Shown here in pieces: positions 39,419 to 49,285 of a stretch of 64,000 nt of DNA. Numbering within the stretch: position 1 is the first letter of the stretch; every line of letters starts with the position of its first letter. The stretch lies in NCBI GenBank assembly GCA_963718665.1, contig OY970359.1, positions 480,001 through 544,000 on the forward strand, read 5' to 3'. Origin of the DNA: an uncultured Phycisphaerales bacterium (GTDB lineage Bacteria; Planctomycetota; Phycisphaerae; Sedimentisphaerales; Anaerobacaceae). The translations under genes were made by a program, and so were the position numbers. The notes below the pieces were generated by a model. That model worked only from the letters and a program-made list of their open reading frames with translations, was not told the origin of the DNA and did not search any database.

Positions 39419-39541
39419 CTAACGTTAAACGGTTGCGGTTGCGCGGCTCGTATCGGTTGCGTCAAACGTTACTCGTCGCGTAATACGTAACCGTAAGACG
39501 ATTGACGAAACGAGCAGCGTAACCGACAGACGAAATACGCT

Positions 39542-40921
39542 ATGTATGCCCCAAACGATACAATCATAGCAGTAAGTTCCCCCACCGGCGACCATCGAGT
39601 AATTTTACGAATAACCGGCCCGCAGACACTCGATATCCTGAACCATATTTGCGCATCACCTCTCGCCGACAAAGCGGGCATAACGGTTTGTCGCATATCA
39701 GATATAAATCTCGACGCGGTTGTTTACCTTTTCCGCCAGCCGCGTTCTTACACGGGAGACGACCTGGCTGAAATACACTTATGGACAAATCAGGCAATCA
39801 CTGAAAAGTTGATGGAAAAGTTATTATCACTCGGCGCCCGCCTCGCTTCCGCGGGCGAGTTCACCGCAAGGGCATATCTAAATAACAAAATCGACCTCGC
39901 ACAAGCCGAGGCCGTAAACGAAGTGATTACCGCCTCGAACACGTTTCAGCTTGCCGCAGCGGAAAACCTGTTAGCAGGCCGGCTGGGGCGATTATCAAAA
40001 ACAATTCGCGAATCAATTCTCGACCTTCTCAGCCGGCTCGAAGCGGACCTTGATTTCAACACCGAAGATATCGCTCCCGCCAATAAAGCAGATATAATCG
40101 CCAAATTGAACGAGACAGTAAACCGGCTAAACGACCTCTTAGCCGGCTCGATACGCAGCGAATCAACGCTTGACCTTCCAGCAGTCGGAATCGCAGGAAC
40201 TCCAAACGCAGGCAAAAGCACGCTGCTTAATAAGTTGCTTGGCAGACAACGCAGTATCGTTTCGCATCAGCGAAAAACAACCCGTGATGTCCTCACAGGC
40301 GAATTCGAGCTTCCCGGCTGTCGCTGCGTTCTCTTTGATTGCGCCGGGCTTACAACCCACGCCGAAACTGTAATTGACGAACTCGCCCAGCAGGCCGCAA
40401 TTGAAGCGATACGAAACGCAATGGTAGTTGTCTTCTGCGTCGATATAACAAAGCCTGAATGGGCCGAAGATATTGCGATACGCCAATTGATAAACCAATC
40501 GAATCTCACAGCAATCGCCACAAAAACCGATTTGCTTTTGGAAAAAGGTATTGCCGAACGGCTCTCAAAACTAAAATTGCTCTTCGGCTGCGATTTCCTT
40601 CCCGTCTCCGCACACAGCGGCACAGGCATCGATAACCTAAAAACACAAATAACCGAACTAATAATCGCCGCCACATCCAAGCACGACAAATCCACCCCGG
40701 CGGATAAATACGGCATCGCATTGACCGCCAGACACAGGCAGGCGCTCAATAATGCGATTCACGATATCATCCAGGCCAAAAAAGAAATAAAGGCAGGCAG
40801 TGAGGAACTGGCCGCCATGATGCTCAGAACCGCCTATAACCAGCTAAGCAATATCGAGCAGCACAATATCGATGAACAGATTCTCGACCGTATCTTCTCA
40901 CGCTTTTGCATCGGGAAATAA
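39542..40921 (+). CDS. mnmE: tRNA modification GTPase
   Basis: DTI.A, SYTGDD, GEFTARAYLN, GTPNAGKS, TTRD, C-terminal FCIGK. Confidence 0.94.
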   Translation: MYAPNDTIIAVSSPTGDHRVILRITGPQTLDILNHICASPLADKAGITVCRISDINLDAVVYLFRQPRSYTGDDLAEIHLWTNQAITEKLMEKLLSLGARLASAGEFTARAYLNNKIDLAQAEAVNEVITASNTFQLAAAENLLAGRLGRLSKTIRESILDLLSRLEADLDFNTEDIAPANKADIIAKLNETVNRLNDLLAGSIRSESTLDLPAVGIAGTPNAGKSTLLNKLLGRQRSIVSHQRKTTRDVLTGEFELPGCRCVLFDCAGLTTHAETVIDELAQQAAIEAIRNAMVVVFCVDITKPEWAEDIAIRQLINQSNLTAIATKTDLLLEKGIAERLSKLKLLFGCDFLPVSAHSGTGIDNLKTQITELIIAATSKHDKSTPADKYGIALTARHRQALNNAIHDIIQAKKEIKAGSEELAAMMLRTAYNQLSNIEQHNIDEQILDRIFSRFCIGK

Positions 40922-40991
40922 AAAGAGCTTTCGCACTTCTTGTCTTTATGCCCCGTATGCCGTATTTGCGTTTACTTTTTATCGTCCATTT

Positions 40992-42059
40992 TTACTGTAC
41001 AGGAACGCGTTCGACTCTGCACATTTTGCCTCTTAACCTGTTGAGACATACCTTTACAAGCATAAGCATCACGGGGACTTCGACGAGCGGGCCAATGACG
41101 GCCGCGAAGGCCTGGCCGGAGTTAATGCCAAAAACAGTTACTGTCACGGCAATAGCCAATTCAAAATTGTTGCTTGCGGCAGTAAGAGACAAAGTTGTCG
41201 ATTGACCATAGCCGGCGCCCGCCTTTGCGCTGATGAAAAAAGTGATGAAAAACATCGCGACAAAATAAATCAGCAAAGGCAACGCGATACGAAGCACATC
41301 AACAGGCAGGGAAACTATAAACTGCCCTTTCATACTGAACATCACCACGATTGTGAAAAGCAGGGCAATCAATGTAACGGGGCTGATTTTGGGAATGAAT
41401 TTGTTTTGATACCAGTCCCTGTTTTTAATCTTTATCAAAGAAAACCTTGTAACAACACCGGCTATGAACGGTATCCCCAGATAGACAAAAACACTTTTGG
41501 CGATTTGGGAAATGGAGACGTTGACGACGCTGCCGGCCAAACCGAAAACGGGAGGCAGGACCGTTACAAATATGTAAGCGTAAACGGAAAAGAACAATAC
41601 CTGAAAAATCGAATTAAACGCCACAAGACCCGCGGCGTATTCCGTATCGCCTTTGGCGAGGTCGTTCCAGACAATGACCATTGCGATACATCTGGCGAGC
41701 CCGATGATAATCAGGCCAACCATATATTCCGGATAGCCCCTCAAAAATACTATCGCCAGGACAAACATCAGGACCGGGCCGATTACCCAATTTTGAAGCA
41801 AAGACAGCCCCAGTATCTTATAATTGCGAAAGACCCCGCCAAGCTCCTCGTATTTTACCTTTGCCAAAGGCGGATACATCATCAGAATCAGCCCGATTGC
41901 GATGGGGACATTGGTCGTGCCGTATTGAAAACTGTTCCAGAAATTCACAATCGAGGGATAAAAATAGCCCGATGCGACGCCGATACCCATCGCCAGGAAA
42001 ATCCACAAAGTCAAATACCTGTCCAAAAAAGATAACTGTCTTGCTATGCCATCTTTCAT
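40992..42059 (-). CDS. acr3: ACR3-family arsenite efflux transporter
   Basis: [39 protein letters not shown]. Confidence 0.95.
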   Translation of the reverse strand: MKDGIARQLSFLDRYLTLWIFLAMGIGVASGYFYPSIVNFWNSFQYGTTNVPIAIGLILMMYPPLAKVKYEELGGVFRNYKILGLSLLQNWVIGPVLMFVLAIVFLRGYPEYMVGLIIIGLARCIAMVIVWNDLAKGDTEYAAGLVAFNSIFQVLFFSVYAYIFVTVLPPVFGLAGSVVNVSISQIAKSVFVYLGIPFIAGVVTRFSLIKIKNRDWYQNKFIPKISPVTLIALLFTIVVMFSMKGQFIVSLPVDVLRIALPLLIYFVAMFFITFFISAKAGAGYGQSTTLSLTAASNNFELAIAVTVTVFGINSGQAFAAVIGPLVEVPVMLMLVKVCLNRLRGKMCRVERVPVQ

Positions 42060-42075
42060 CCGTATCCCCTTATTT

Positions 42076-42777
42076 TTACTTCGCCGTATAAATCAGGTAC
42101 AATCCTCCGAAAATAACGAGGACTCCGCATACCCATCTTAAAATAATTGCTCCCTGCGAACGCTCGTTCCAGTTCATATACCGCTGAACAACCTCCGTAA
42201 ATGTCCCCGCAAACACAATCACCGAGCAATGGCCGAGACCATAAATAATCAATAGCGATGCCCCATATAACAAATTTGTCTGCGCCACTTTGAATGTTAC
42301 TCCAAGAATCGGCGCCATATACGCAAACGTGCAGGGGCCGACCGCTATTCCGAAAATAAGTCCCAGGAGCAGCGCCGCTAACAACCCTCTTTTCTTTATA
42401 TTTACCTGTCCCGGAGCCGACCACGGCATTGAGATGACTTCCATAAGGTACAAGCCGACCACAAAAAATATCCCTGCCACAAAATAATTCGCATAAGGCC
42501 CGATGTCGCCCAGAATTTTACCTGCCATCGCGGTAATAAGGCCTATGAGGGATATGGTCAGTAAAATACCCGCCGCAAACACCGCTGAAATAGCAAACGC
42601 CCTTTTTGTGCTGATTTGTCCCTGCCTGTCAACGAACCCGACAATCAGCGGGATGCTCGCCAGATGACAGGGGCTAAGCAGTATGCTTAAGATTCCCCAG
42701 ATAAACGACGCCGCTATTGCTATTGCCGCTGTACCCTCGACCGCCTGCGTCAAACTTGTAAAGATACGCTCAATCAT
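42076..42777 (-). CDS. CcdA/DsbD-family transmembrane electron transporter
   Basis: LSPCHL and GPCT motifs in a multi-TM protein. Confidence 0.88.
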   Translation of the reverse strand: MIERIFTSLTQAVEGTAAIAIAASFIWGILSILLSPCHLASIPLIVGFVDRQGQISTKRAFAISAVFAAGILLTISLIGLITAMAGKILGDIGPYANYFVAGIFFVVGLYLMEVISMPWSAPGQVNIKKRGLLAALLLGLIFGIAVGPCTFAYMAPILGVTFKVAQTNLLYGASLLIIYGLGHCSVIVFAGTFTEVVQRYMNWNERSQGAIILRWVCGVLVIFGGLYLIYTAK

Positions 42778-43391
42778 TTCAGCCCGCCCAGGTCAACTCC
42801 GAATTCTTTCCACTTGGCGAGGATGTCTTTCTTCGGGAAAAAACCTTCGTGACGAAACAGCTCTTTGCCAGAGGAATCATAAAATATCTGCGTTGGGATT
42901 ACGCTTATTTTATATTTTGGGGCCTCATTAGGATTTTTCCAGACGTCGATAAAATCGACTTGGAGTTTGCCATTATACGTGGTTTTAAGTTCTTCGAGTA
43001 TCGGCGCCATCATCTTGCAAGGGATACATTTATCCGCCCCCAAATCCAAAAGCCGAGGCAACTTGGCAGTCATAGTATTTTCAAGATTCTGTGGTTTACT
43101 TTCCGTAGTCGTTGCCGGGTTTGAACTTGCCACTGCAACAGGTTCAGAAACCGAACCTCTGTTTTTTTGTTTTAAAGCGAAAACCATGCCCACAGCCGTA
43201 ACCAGCGCGACAATAATTACAATTTTCATCGCTTTATTCATAAACGAAACTCCTTTGGATTTTATTAACGCCTTTAACCAGTTAAACAAAATCCATGTCC
43301 CTGCAAACATCGCAAGCAGCACCAACGGATTAGAGGGGCCATCGCCGCTACAAGGGCACAACATCAAAATTTTAATTTGCAAGCTGCTCAT
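42774..43391 (-). CDS. Exported thioredoxin-family protein (alternative start at 43241)
   Basis: DLGADKCIPCKMM, cis-Pro IPTQ, RHEGF, and an N-terminal TM. Confidence 0.85.
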   Translation of the reverse strand: MSSLQIKILMLCPCSGDGPSNPLVLLAMFAGTWILFNWLKALIKSKGVSFMNKAMKIVIIVALVTAVGMVFALKQKNRGSVSEPVAVASSNPATTTESKPQNLENTMTAKLPRLLDLGADKCIPCKMMAPILEELKTTYNGKLQVDFIDVWKNPNEAPKYKISVIPTQIFYDSSGKELFRHEGFFPKKDILAKWKEFGVDLGGLK

Positions 43392-43475
43392 TCAGAAACT
43401 CCTTTACCTCATCCGGCAATCATTCCCCTGACTTATAATTACATCTTCTAATTTTTGACTGTTTATCGAATACTA

Positions 43476-43709
43476 TCAAGAAAGCATCGCCTTGATTTGT
43501 TCGGGCGAAAGGACTTTCCCAGCAACTTTGACCTGTCCGTCTATCACTAGCGCGGGCATCGTCATAACCCCGAACTTCATAATCTCCTTTATGTCCGTCA
43601 CCTTCTCCAGCGTGTGTTCCAAACCAAGCTCCTTCGCGGCGGTCTCAGCATTTTGCGACAACGCCTTGCACTTTGGACAGCCGGAACCGAGAATTTGTAT
43701 CTTCTTCAT
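43476..43709 (-). CDS. Small redox-active disulfide protein (MTH895-like thioredoxin)
   Basis: IQILGSGCPKC...GVMTMPALVIDG. Confidence 0.9.
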   Translation of the reverse strand: MKKIQILGSGCPKCKALSQNAETAAKELGLEHTLEKVTDIKEIMKFGVMTMPALVIDGQVKVAGKVLSPEQIKAMLS

Positions 43710-43720
43710 TTTTCAAATCC

Positions 43721-44737
43721 TTACATCACGATATTAAAAAGATAACCTATAATGACAATCCCGACGGCGACGATGCCGAAAAACGTAAAAACAAGTTTGG
43801 GCTTCAATATGTTCCGCAGGATAATCGCTTCAGGCAGCGAAAGCCCTATCACCGCCATCATAAACGCAAGAACTGTCCCCAGCGCGGCCCCCTTTTCCAA
43901 AAGCGCCTTCACAATGGGTATCATCCCCGCGGCGTTGGAATACATCGGGACACCAAACAGCACCGCGGCAGGCACTGACCACCACGCCCCCTTACCCATA
44001 AATGACGCCATAAAATCCTGCGGCACATAACCGTGAATCCCAGCGCCAACCGCTATCCCCAGAATTACATAAATCCAAACCTTTGAAACAATGTCCCTGA
44101 CCGCATTTAAGCCATAGCGAATCCTGTCCTCCCAGTCCATCGCATTTTCCTGTGCTCCCTCGCCCATCCGGGCCTCGAAAACCCAGGGTTCTATGTGCTT
44201 TTCCATATGTAACCTGCCGAGAATCCAGCCGGCAACTATTGCGATTAACAAACCAACCCCCATATAAAGCCCCGCGACCTTCCAGCCGAACATCCCGAAA
44301 AGCATCACTAACGCAATCTCGTTTATCATCGGTGCTGAAATCAAAAATGAAAACGTCACGCCAAGCGGCACGCCAGCCGTCACAAAACCAACGAACAACG
44401 GCACCGCCGAACACGAACAAAAAGGCGTAACCACACCCAGAAGCGCAGCCAGAATATTGCCCACAGTTTCGCTTTTGCCGCTGAGAATTTTTCTTGTCTT
44501 TTCAGGCGTGAAAAACGAGCGAACAATCCCTATCCCGAAAATAATCAGCACAAGCAGCATCAAAACTTTGGGTGTCTCGAAAACGAAAAACTCTACCGCC
44601 GAGCTTAAATGCCCACCCTCCGGCATCTTCAAGAGCGAATACGTGAACCATCGCACGAAAGCCGCCAAGTTCCAGTAAATCAGCCCCCATAGCAGTACCG
44701 CAGTCGTCAGAAACAATGTCCATTTCAGAATCCTCAT
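43721..44737 (-). CDS. ArsP/DUF318-family permease
   Basis: TPFCSCSAVPLF, GVPLG, SAPMINE, GVPMY, LSLPE. Confidence 0.9.
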   Translation of the reverse strand: MRILKWTLFLTTAVLLWGLIYWNLAAFVRWFTYSLLKMPEGGHLSSAVEFFVFETPKVLMLLVLIIFGIGIVRSFFTPEKTRKILSGKSETVGNILAALLGVVTPFCSCSAVPLFVGFVTAGVPLGVTFSFLISAPMINEIALVMLFGMFGWKVAGLYMGVGLLIAIVAGWILGRLHMEKHIEPWVFEARMGEGAQENAMDWEDRIRYGLNAVRDIVSKVWIYVILGIAVGAGIHGYVPQDFMASFMGKGAWWSVPAAVLFGVPMYSNAAGMIPIVKALLEKGAALGTVLAFMMAVIGLSLPEAIILRNILKPKLVFTFFGIVAVGIVIIGYLFNIVM

Positions 44738-44747
44738 TGCCTATGCC

Positions 44748-45083
44748 CTAAAGAACTTTCAATATTTCTTTGTCATCCTTAACTCTTTGTTTCAGCACAC
44801 CCGACATACATTTGAAAAACTCCAGTATGCAGGGGCATTTGAGCCGGTAGATGACCTTCAGCCCTTTCTTGCGGTGTTCCAACACCCCAGCAGCAACCAT
44901 AACTGACAGGTGCCGCGAGACATTTGAACGTTCCGCGCCAATTTGTTCGGCAATATCGCAGACGCATTGCTCGCCGTCCTTTAGAAAATTAATAATTTCG
45001 AGCCGGATAGGATGGCCTATTGCCTGCGCAATCTGGGCTTGTTTTTGAAACAACAGTCGTTTTTTCGAATCAGGCATATTCAT
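44748..45083 (-). CDS. arsR: ArsR/SmtB-family transcriptional repressor
   Basis: HPIRLEI, CVCD metal site, SNVSRHL HTH; first gene of the ars cluster. Confidence 0.88.
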   Translation of the reverse strand: MNMPDSKKRLLFQKQAQIAQAIGHPIRLEIINFLKDGEQCVCDIAEQIGAERSNVSRHLSVMVAAGVLEHRKKGLKVIYRLKCPCILEFFKCMSGVLKQRVKDDKEILKVL

Positions 45084-45096
45084 TTCCCATCAATGT

Positions 45097-45124
45097 TACT
45101 ATGTGATTACATACTCATATAGTA
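45097..45124. promoter_or_regulatory. Probable ArsR operator
   Basis: Imperfect 28-bp palindrome TACTATGTGA-N8-TCATATAGTA, 13 nt upstream of arsR. Confidence 0.65.
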
Positions 45125-45156
45125 TCAAATATGTTTGCCCGGCCAACAACTATTTT

Positions 45157-46608
45157 TCAATATTTTTTACGAAGTCGGGCGGGGGGAATTTTGAGCAGGC
45201 CGCGGTATTTGGCGATCGTTCTTCGGGCAAGGCCCGTGATACCTGCTTCGGTTAGTTTTGTCTTAATCTGGTCGTCGCTGAGGGGCTTCGATTTGTCCTC
45301 GGCGTCGATGATTTCCTGCAGTTTGGCCCTGATTGCCTCCCAGCTTTTCTCGTTACCCTGCGTATCCTCGATGCCACCTGAGAAAAACTTCCTCAAAGGC
45401 AGAATGCCCCATTCGCACTGCACGTACTTGCCGGCAACCGCGCGTGAAACGGTGGCAATATGCACGCCGACGTCCTCGGCAACTTTCGCCATAGGCAACG
45501 GTTTCAAATACAATTGTCCCTTGTCGAAAAATTCCCTCTGCCGATTAACAATCGAACGAGTAACCTTGAGCAGCGTGTTCTTTCGCTGCTGTATCGCGTC
45601 GATTATCCACTGGGCCGAACGAATGTTATTCTGCAAAAACTGTTTCGCGCTATCCCCGACCCTGTCGCCCGAGGCCATTTTAACGTAATCATCGCTTATT
45701 CGCAGCCGGGGCACACCATCCTCCACAAGACGAACCGTATAATCGCCCGTTTCTTCGGAATATTCCACAATCACGTCCGCGGTAATTGGGTGGTTATGGT
45801 TTCTGCCGATTTGCAGACCAGGTGAGGTGTCAAATTTGCTCAGCCGAAGAATAGTGTGGTTAATATCCTCCATCGAACAATTCATTTTCTTCGCTATATC
45901 AGGCAGCCGATTTTCGAGCATATCTTCCAGGTGATTGGTAACAAGGGCCGTCTCAAAACTGACATCCTCGTTACTTTGGTTAATTTGAATCAGCAGGCAT
46001 TCCCGCAGGTCGCGTGCGCCGACACCCGGCGGGTCTAATTTCTGAATCAGCACAATCGCCTTATGCAAATCCTCAAGCGTAAAATCAGTCCGGTCCTTAT
46101 TGTGCAACTGCTCTAATCGAACCGACAGATACCCCTTGTCGTCGATGTAGTCGATAATCATACTGCCCGCCTTTTTCACGGGCTCATCCGCCTCGACCAT
46201 TCGCCACTGGTCTTCGAGGTAATCATGCAGCGACTGCGGCAGTGCGGCAGTGTTATTAATCGCGGCAAGCTTCGGGTCCGGCTCATCCGACCGAGGCCTC
46301 GGATAATCGTCCCTATGCTCGATATAATCCCGCACCTCTTCATCCAGCCGGTCATCACCCTTGTAATCCTCCGCCGGCCCCGCCTTAGGTTCGGTTTGAA
46401 TTTCCGGTTCGGATGTCGCTTCGGCGGCCGTATCCTCCTGCTCCGCCGATTCATCCGCTTCCAAAACAGGATTGTTGTTCAGCTCCTGCTCTATCCTTTC
46501 CTGAAGCGCAAGGAGCGGCAGCTGGAGTATCTCCATCGACTGAATCATGTGCGGAGCCAGCTTCATCTGCTGCTCCAGCCGCATTTGTCCTCGCATTTCA
46601 AGCTTCAT
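45157..46608 (-). CDS. rpoN: RNA polymerase sigma-54 factor
   Basis: Q/L-rich region I, DPPGVGARDLRECL, HIATVSR, RpoN box ARRTIAKYR. Confidence 0.96.
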   Translation of the reverse strand: MKLEMRGQMRLEQQMKLAPHMIQSMEILQLPLLALQERIEQELNNNPVLEADESAEQEDTAAEATSEPEIQTEPKAGPAEDYKGDDRLDEEVRDYIEHRDDYPRPRSDEPDPKLAAINNTAALPQSLHDYLEDQWRMVEADEPVKKAGSMIIDYIDDKGYLSVRLEQLHNKDRTDFTLEDLHKAIVLIQKLDPPGVGARDLRECLLIQINQSNEDVSFETALVTNHLEDMLENRLPDIAKKMNCSMEDINHTILRLSKFDTSPGLQIGRNHNHPITADVIVEYSEETGDYTVRLVEDGVPRLRISDDYVKMASGDRVGDSAKQFLQNNIRSAQWIIDAIQQRKNTLLKVTRSIVNRQREFFDKGQLYLKPLPMAKVAEDVGVHIATVSRAVAGKYVQCEWGILPLRKFFSGGIEDTQGNEKSWEAIRAKLQEIIDAEDKSKPLSDDQIKTKLTEAGITGLARRTIAKYRGLLKIPPARLRKKY

Positions 46609-46920
46609 TCTGGCACATCCGGAATATCTTGACGGTTTATGTTCACCGCTTATCTCCTGCCATTATACCAAATACTCTAAAAAGAATCGGCAAGATTCCG
46701 GCAACGAATCCGCCCTGAACTGCCCGCTCCAAGTTACAGGCCAGCTTATCCTGACGGGGGTGGTGAAATGTAAATGATAACGTTCAAACCCCTAAAATTC
46801 CCCAAATTTCACGGGACAATTAACTACTAAACACCTTGCCAACAACAGGAATTTATGTTAATCTGGATTACTTGGCAATTGCTTCCTGGTCCAGTATAGT
46901 TTGAGGGTCAGAGGGAAGGT

Positions 46921-48534
46921 ATGCAATGCTGGTTTATGAAAGTATTATTCTCAGCCACACACCAGGCAACGGTTGAATTGCCGGGTCAGGCAGGCATACT
47001 GGCCGCGGCAGATATACCGTTTAATCCTCTCAAGCTTATAATTCTCGTGGGATGGGTGTATCTGGGGTTGTATTGCGTCCAGCAGGTGGAGTTCAGTTTG
47101 GTAGTGCCCAAAAGCAAAAAGCCGCTCATAAATGTACTGACACTATTATTTGGCCCCATACCGCTGCTAGTTTTCCTGATAAAAGACGTTATCAAAACCC
47201 CCATCGCCGAGCGGGGAAATTTTTTCGGGGCGATAAAAGACCGGTTTTGGGCAATCAGCGAAACCATAAAATCCTCAAAACTGATGGGCGGCTCGAAAGA
47301 AAGCTTTATCAAGCTGCTCGATTCATCCGGCACCGAGCTTAAGGAGCTATATGGCCACGGGAAAATCCGTCGCCAGGACAGCCACATACTCAATTTGACC
47401 GAAAAAATTATATGGGACGCCCTTCAGGACAGGGCAAGCGATATTCTAATTGACCCCAAAAGTGACTCCATATCCATCGTAAGATTTCGCGTTGACGGCG
47501 TGCTGCGGGAAACCAACCAGTTAGAGGCATCCACCTGCCAGGCCATAGTAAACAGCATCAAAGCCATCTCTAATATGGATATCTCCGAAAGACGCAGACC
47601 ACAGGACGGCGCATTTGTCGCCAAGATTCCGGATGGAACGGTCTCTTTCCGGGTGGCAAGCGCGGGCGTACTCAACGGCGAAAAACTGTCGATAAGAATC
47701 CTCAAACAGGACGCCAGCATATACACTCTTGAGAGCATAGGCATGACTGAAAAGCAAAGAAACATCGTCGAAAGCGCCATCAGGAAGCCATCCGGTATGA
47801 TATTACTGTGCGGACCGACGGGCAGCGGCAAGACAACAACGCTTTACGCGATGCTCAATAAAATCGATTTTTACACGCGAAACGTGATAACAGTCGAGGA
47901 CCCAATCGAATACGTCCTGCCCAACACAAGCCAGATTGAGGTCAACCCCAAGGCGGGGATAACATTCGCCAAGTCGCTGCGAAGCATACTGCGCCAGGAC
48001 CCCGACGTAATCGTCGTGGGCGAAATAAGAGACGAGGAGACGGCCGTCATCGCACTTCAGGCCTCACAAACAGGGCATCTTGTTCTGGCGACCGTCCACA
48101 GCAACAGCCCCGCTTCGGCACTGATTCGACTGATGGATTTAAACGTTACCCCATTGATGCTTGCAACAGGCCTGAGCTTGATTATCTCACAAAGATTAAT
48201 CCGCCGGCTGTGCAAATACTGCAAGGCCCCCGCAAAACTAAGCCAGGAACAACTAAGAATCTTTGAAAAAAAGAAGGTCAACTACGCCAACATCTACGAC
48301 GCCGTCGGCTGCGAGAACTGTTACGGAAGCGGGTATTACGGCAGAATCGGAATCTACGATATGCTGACCCTCGATGACGAGCTTAAAAACTCCCTGTCTA
48401 ATAACAAACTGCCAATAGAACAGTTGAGAAAAGAAGGCGACACACGGGGAAAATCAAATATACAAAAACAGGCCTTGTTTAAAGTCGTTACGGGCGTAAC
48501 CAGCATCGACGAAATGAACCGGGTGGTAGGATAA
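46921..48534 (+). CDS. GspE/PulE/PilB-family secretion ATPase with N-terminal TM segments
   Basis: ASDI, RFRVDG, ERRRPQDG, GPTGSGKTTT, EDPIE, LRQDPD, GEIRD, TGHLV and a Cys4 motif. Exact start is uncertain. Confidence 0.9.
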   Translation: MQCWFMKVLFSATHQATVELPGQAGILAAADIPFNPLKLIILVGWVYLGLYCVQQVEFSLVVPKSKKPLINVLTLLFGPIPLLVFLIKDVIKTPIAERGNFFGAIKDRFWAISETIKSSKLMGGSKESFIKLLDSSGTELKELYGHGKIRRQDSHILNLTEKIIWDALQDRASDILIDPKSDSISIVRFRVDGVLRETNQLEASTCQAIVNSIKAISNMDISERRRPQDGAFVAKIPDGTVSFRVASAGVLNGEKLSIRILKQDASIYTLESIGMTEKQRNIVESAIRKPSGMILLCGPTGSGKTTTLYAMLNKIDFYTRNVITVEDPIEYVLPNTSQIEVNPKAGITFAKSLRSILRQDPDVIVVGEIRDEETAVIALQASQTGHLVLATVHSNSPASALIRLMDLNVTPLMLATGLSLIISQRLIRRLCKYCKAPAKLSQEQLRIFEKKKVNYANIYDAVGCENCYGSGYYGRIGIYDMLTLDDELKNSLSNNKLPIEQLRKEGDTRGKSNIQKQALFKVVTGVTSIDEMNRVVG

Positions 48535-48538
48535 CATT

Positions 48539-49213
48539 ATGGTGTTCTGGATAGGCATATTTATAGCTGTCCTTTTCGCTTACTCGGCGATAAAACTGGG
48601 CTTCTACCACGCATGGACGATGCTGTTTAATTTACTGGTTGCCGTTTACATAGCGGTCCGCATTGGGCCTGTTCTTGAGGAGTTTTTCCCTGCGGCCGTG
48701 AACGGACAATACGGCAAGACACTTTCGCTACTGACAACGGGAACGGGCACATTCCTGATTTTGCAGGGTATCGCATACGTCCTGTTGATAGGCCAGTTCG
48801 AGGTTACCTTCCCGAGGGCTGTTAATATCATCGGCTCAGGCCTTATGGGATTTATGGCGGGATTTCTGGTATGCAGTTTCGCAACGCTTGTTATCTGCAC
48901 CACCCCTTTTTCCCAGCAACAATACGTAAAAGAAATCGGCTTAGACACCAAAACTTTCGAAGAAACCAGAATGCAGTCATACCTGGTCGGGTGGTGTAAG
49001 TTTATGGATACATTCGTCGCATCGGGTAATGATACGGTTGGTGTGGAGAAAACAATCAAAGAGCTGCTGATAAAGCCGGTCAATAATGCTGTCGCAGACG
49101 CCAATGCCAGGGGCGGTTTGAATCGGCCTATTAACACAAATGAACCCAATAACCGCATGAATCCGGCATCTGTACGAATGTCGCCGGAACCGAACAACAT
49201 AATTCCCCCGTAG
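48539..49213 (+). CDS. CvpA-like membrane protein
   Basis: Four TM helices and a G...G pattern resembling the colicin V production family. Confidence 0.6.
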   Translation: MVFWIGIFIAVLFAYSAIKLGFYHAWTMLFNLLVAVYIAVRIGPVLEEFFPAAVNGQYGKTLSLLTTGTGTFLILQGIAYVLLIGQFEVTFPRAVNIIGSGLMGFMAGFLVCSFATLVICTTPFSQQQYVKEIGLDTKTFEETRMQSYLVGWCKFMDTFVASGNDTVGVEKTIKELLIKPVNNAVADANARGGLNRPINTNEPNNRMNPASVRMSPEPNNIIPP

Positions 49214-49285
49214 TATCTCCCCTTGGCGAAACTTTAGGAAATTATCGAATGCCGTAACGGGCAGAAATTGAATATCCCAACACTT

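Noticed and set aside
41202..42035. Long antisense ORFs (for example opposite acr3, leuS, rsmB)
   Set aside because: They are shadows of well-supported genes on the other strand and have no protein motifs.
42076..45083. Selenocysteine recoding in the redox genes
   Set aside because: The active-site motifs (CIPC, CPKC, PC, CSC, CVC) are all encoded as Cys with no in-frame TGA.
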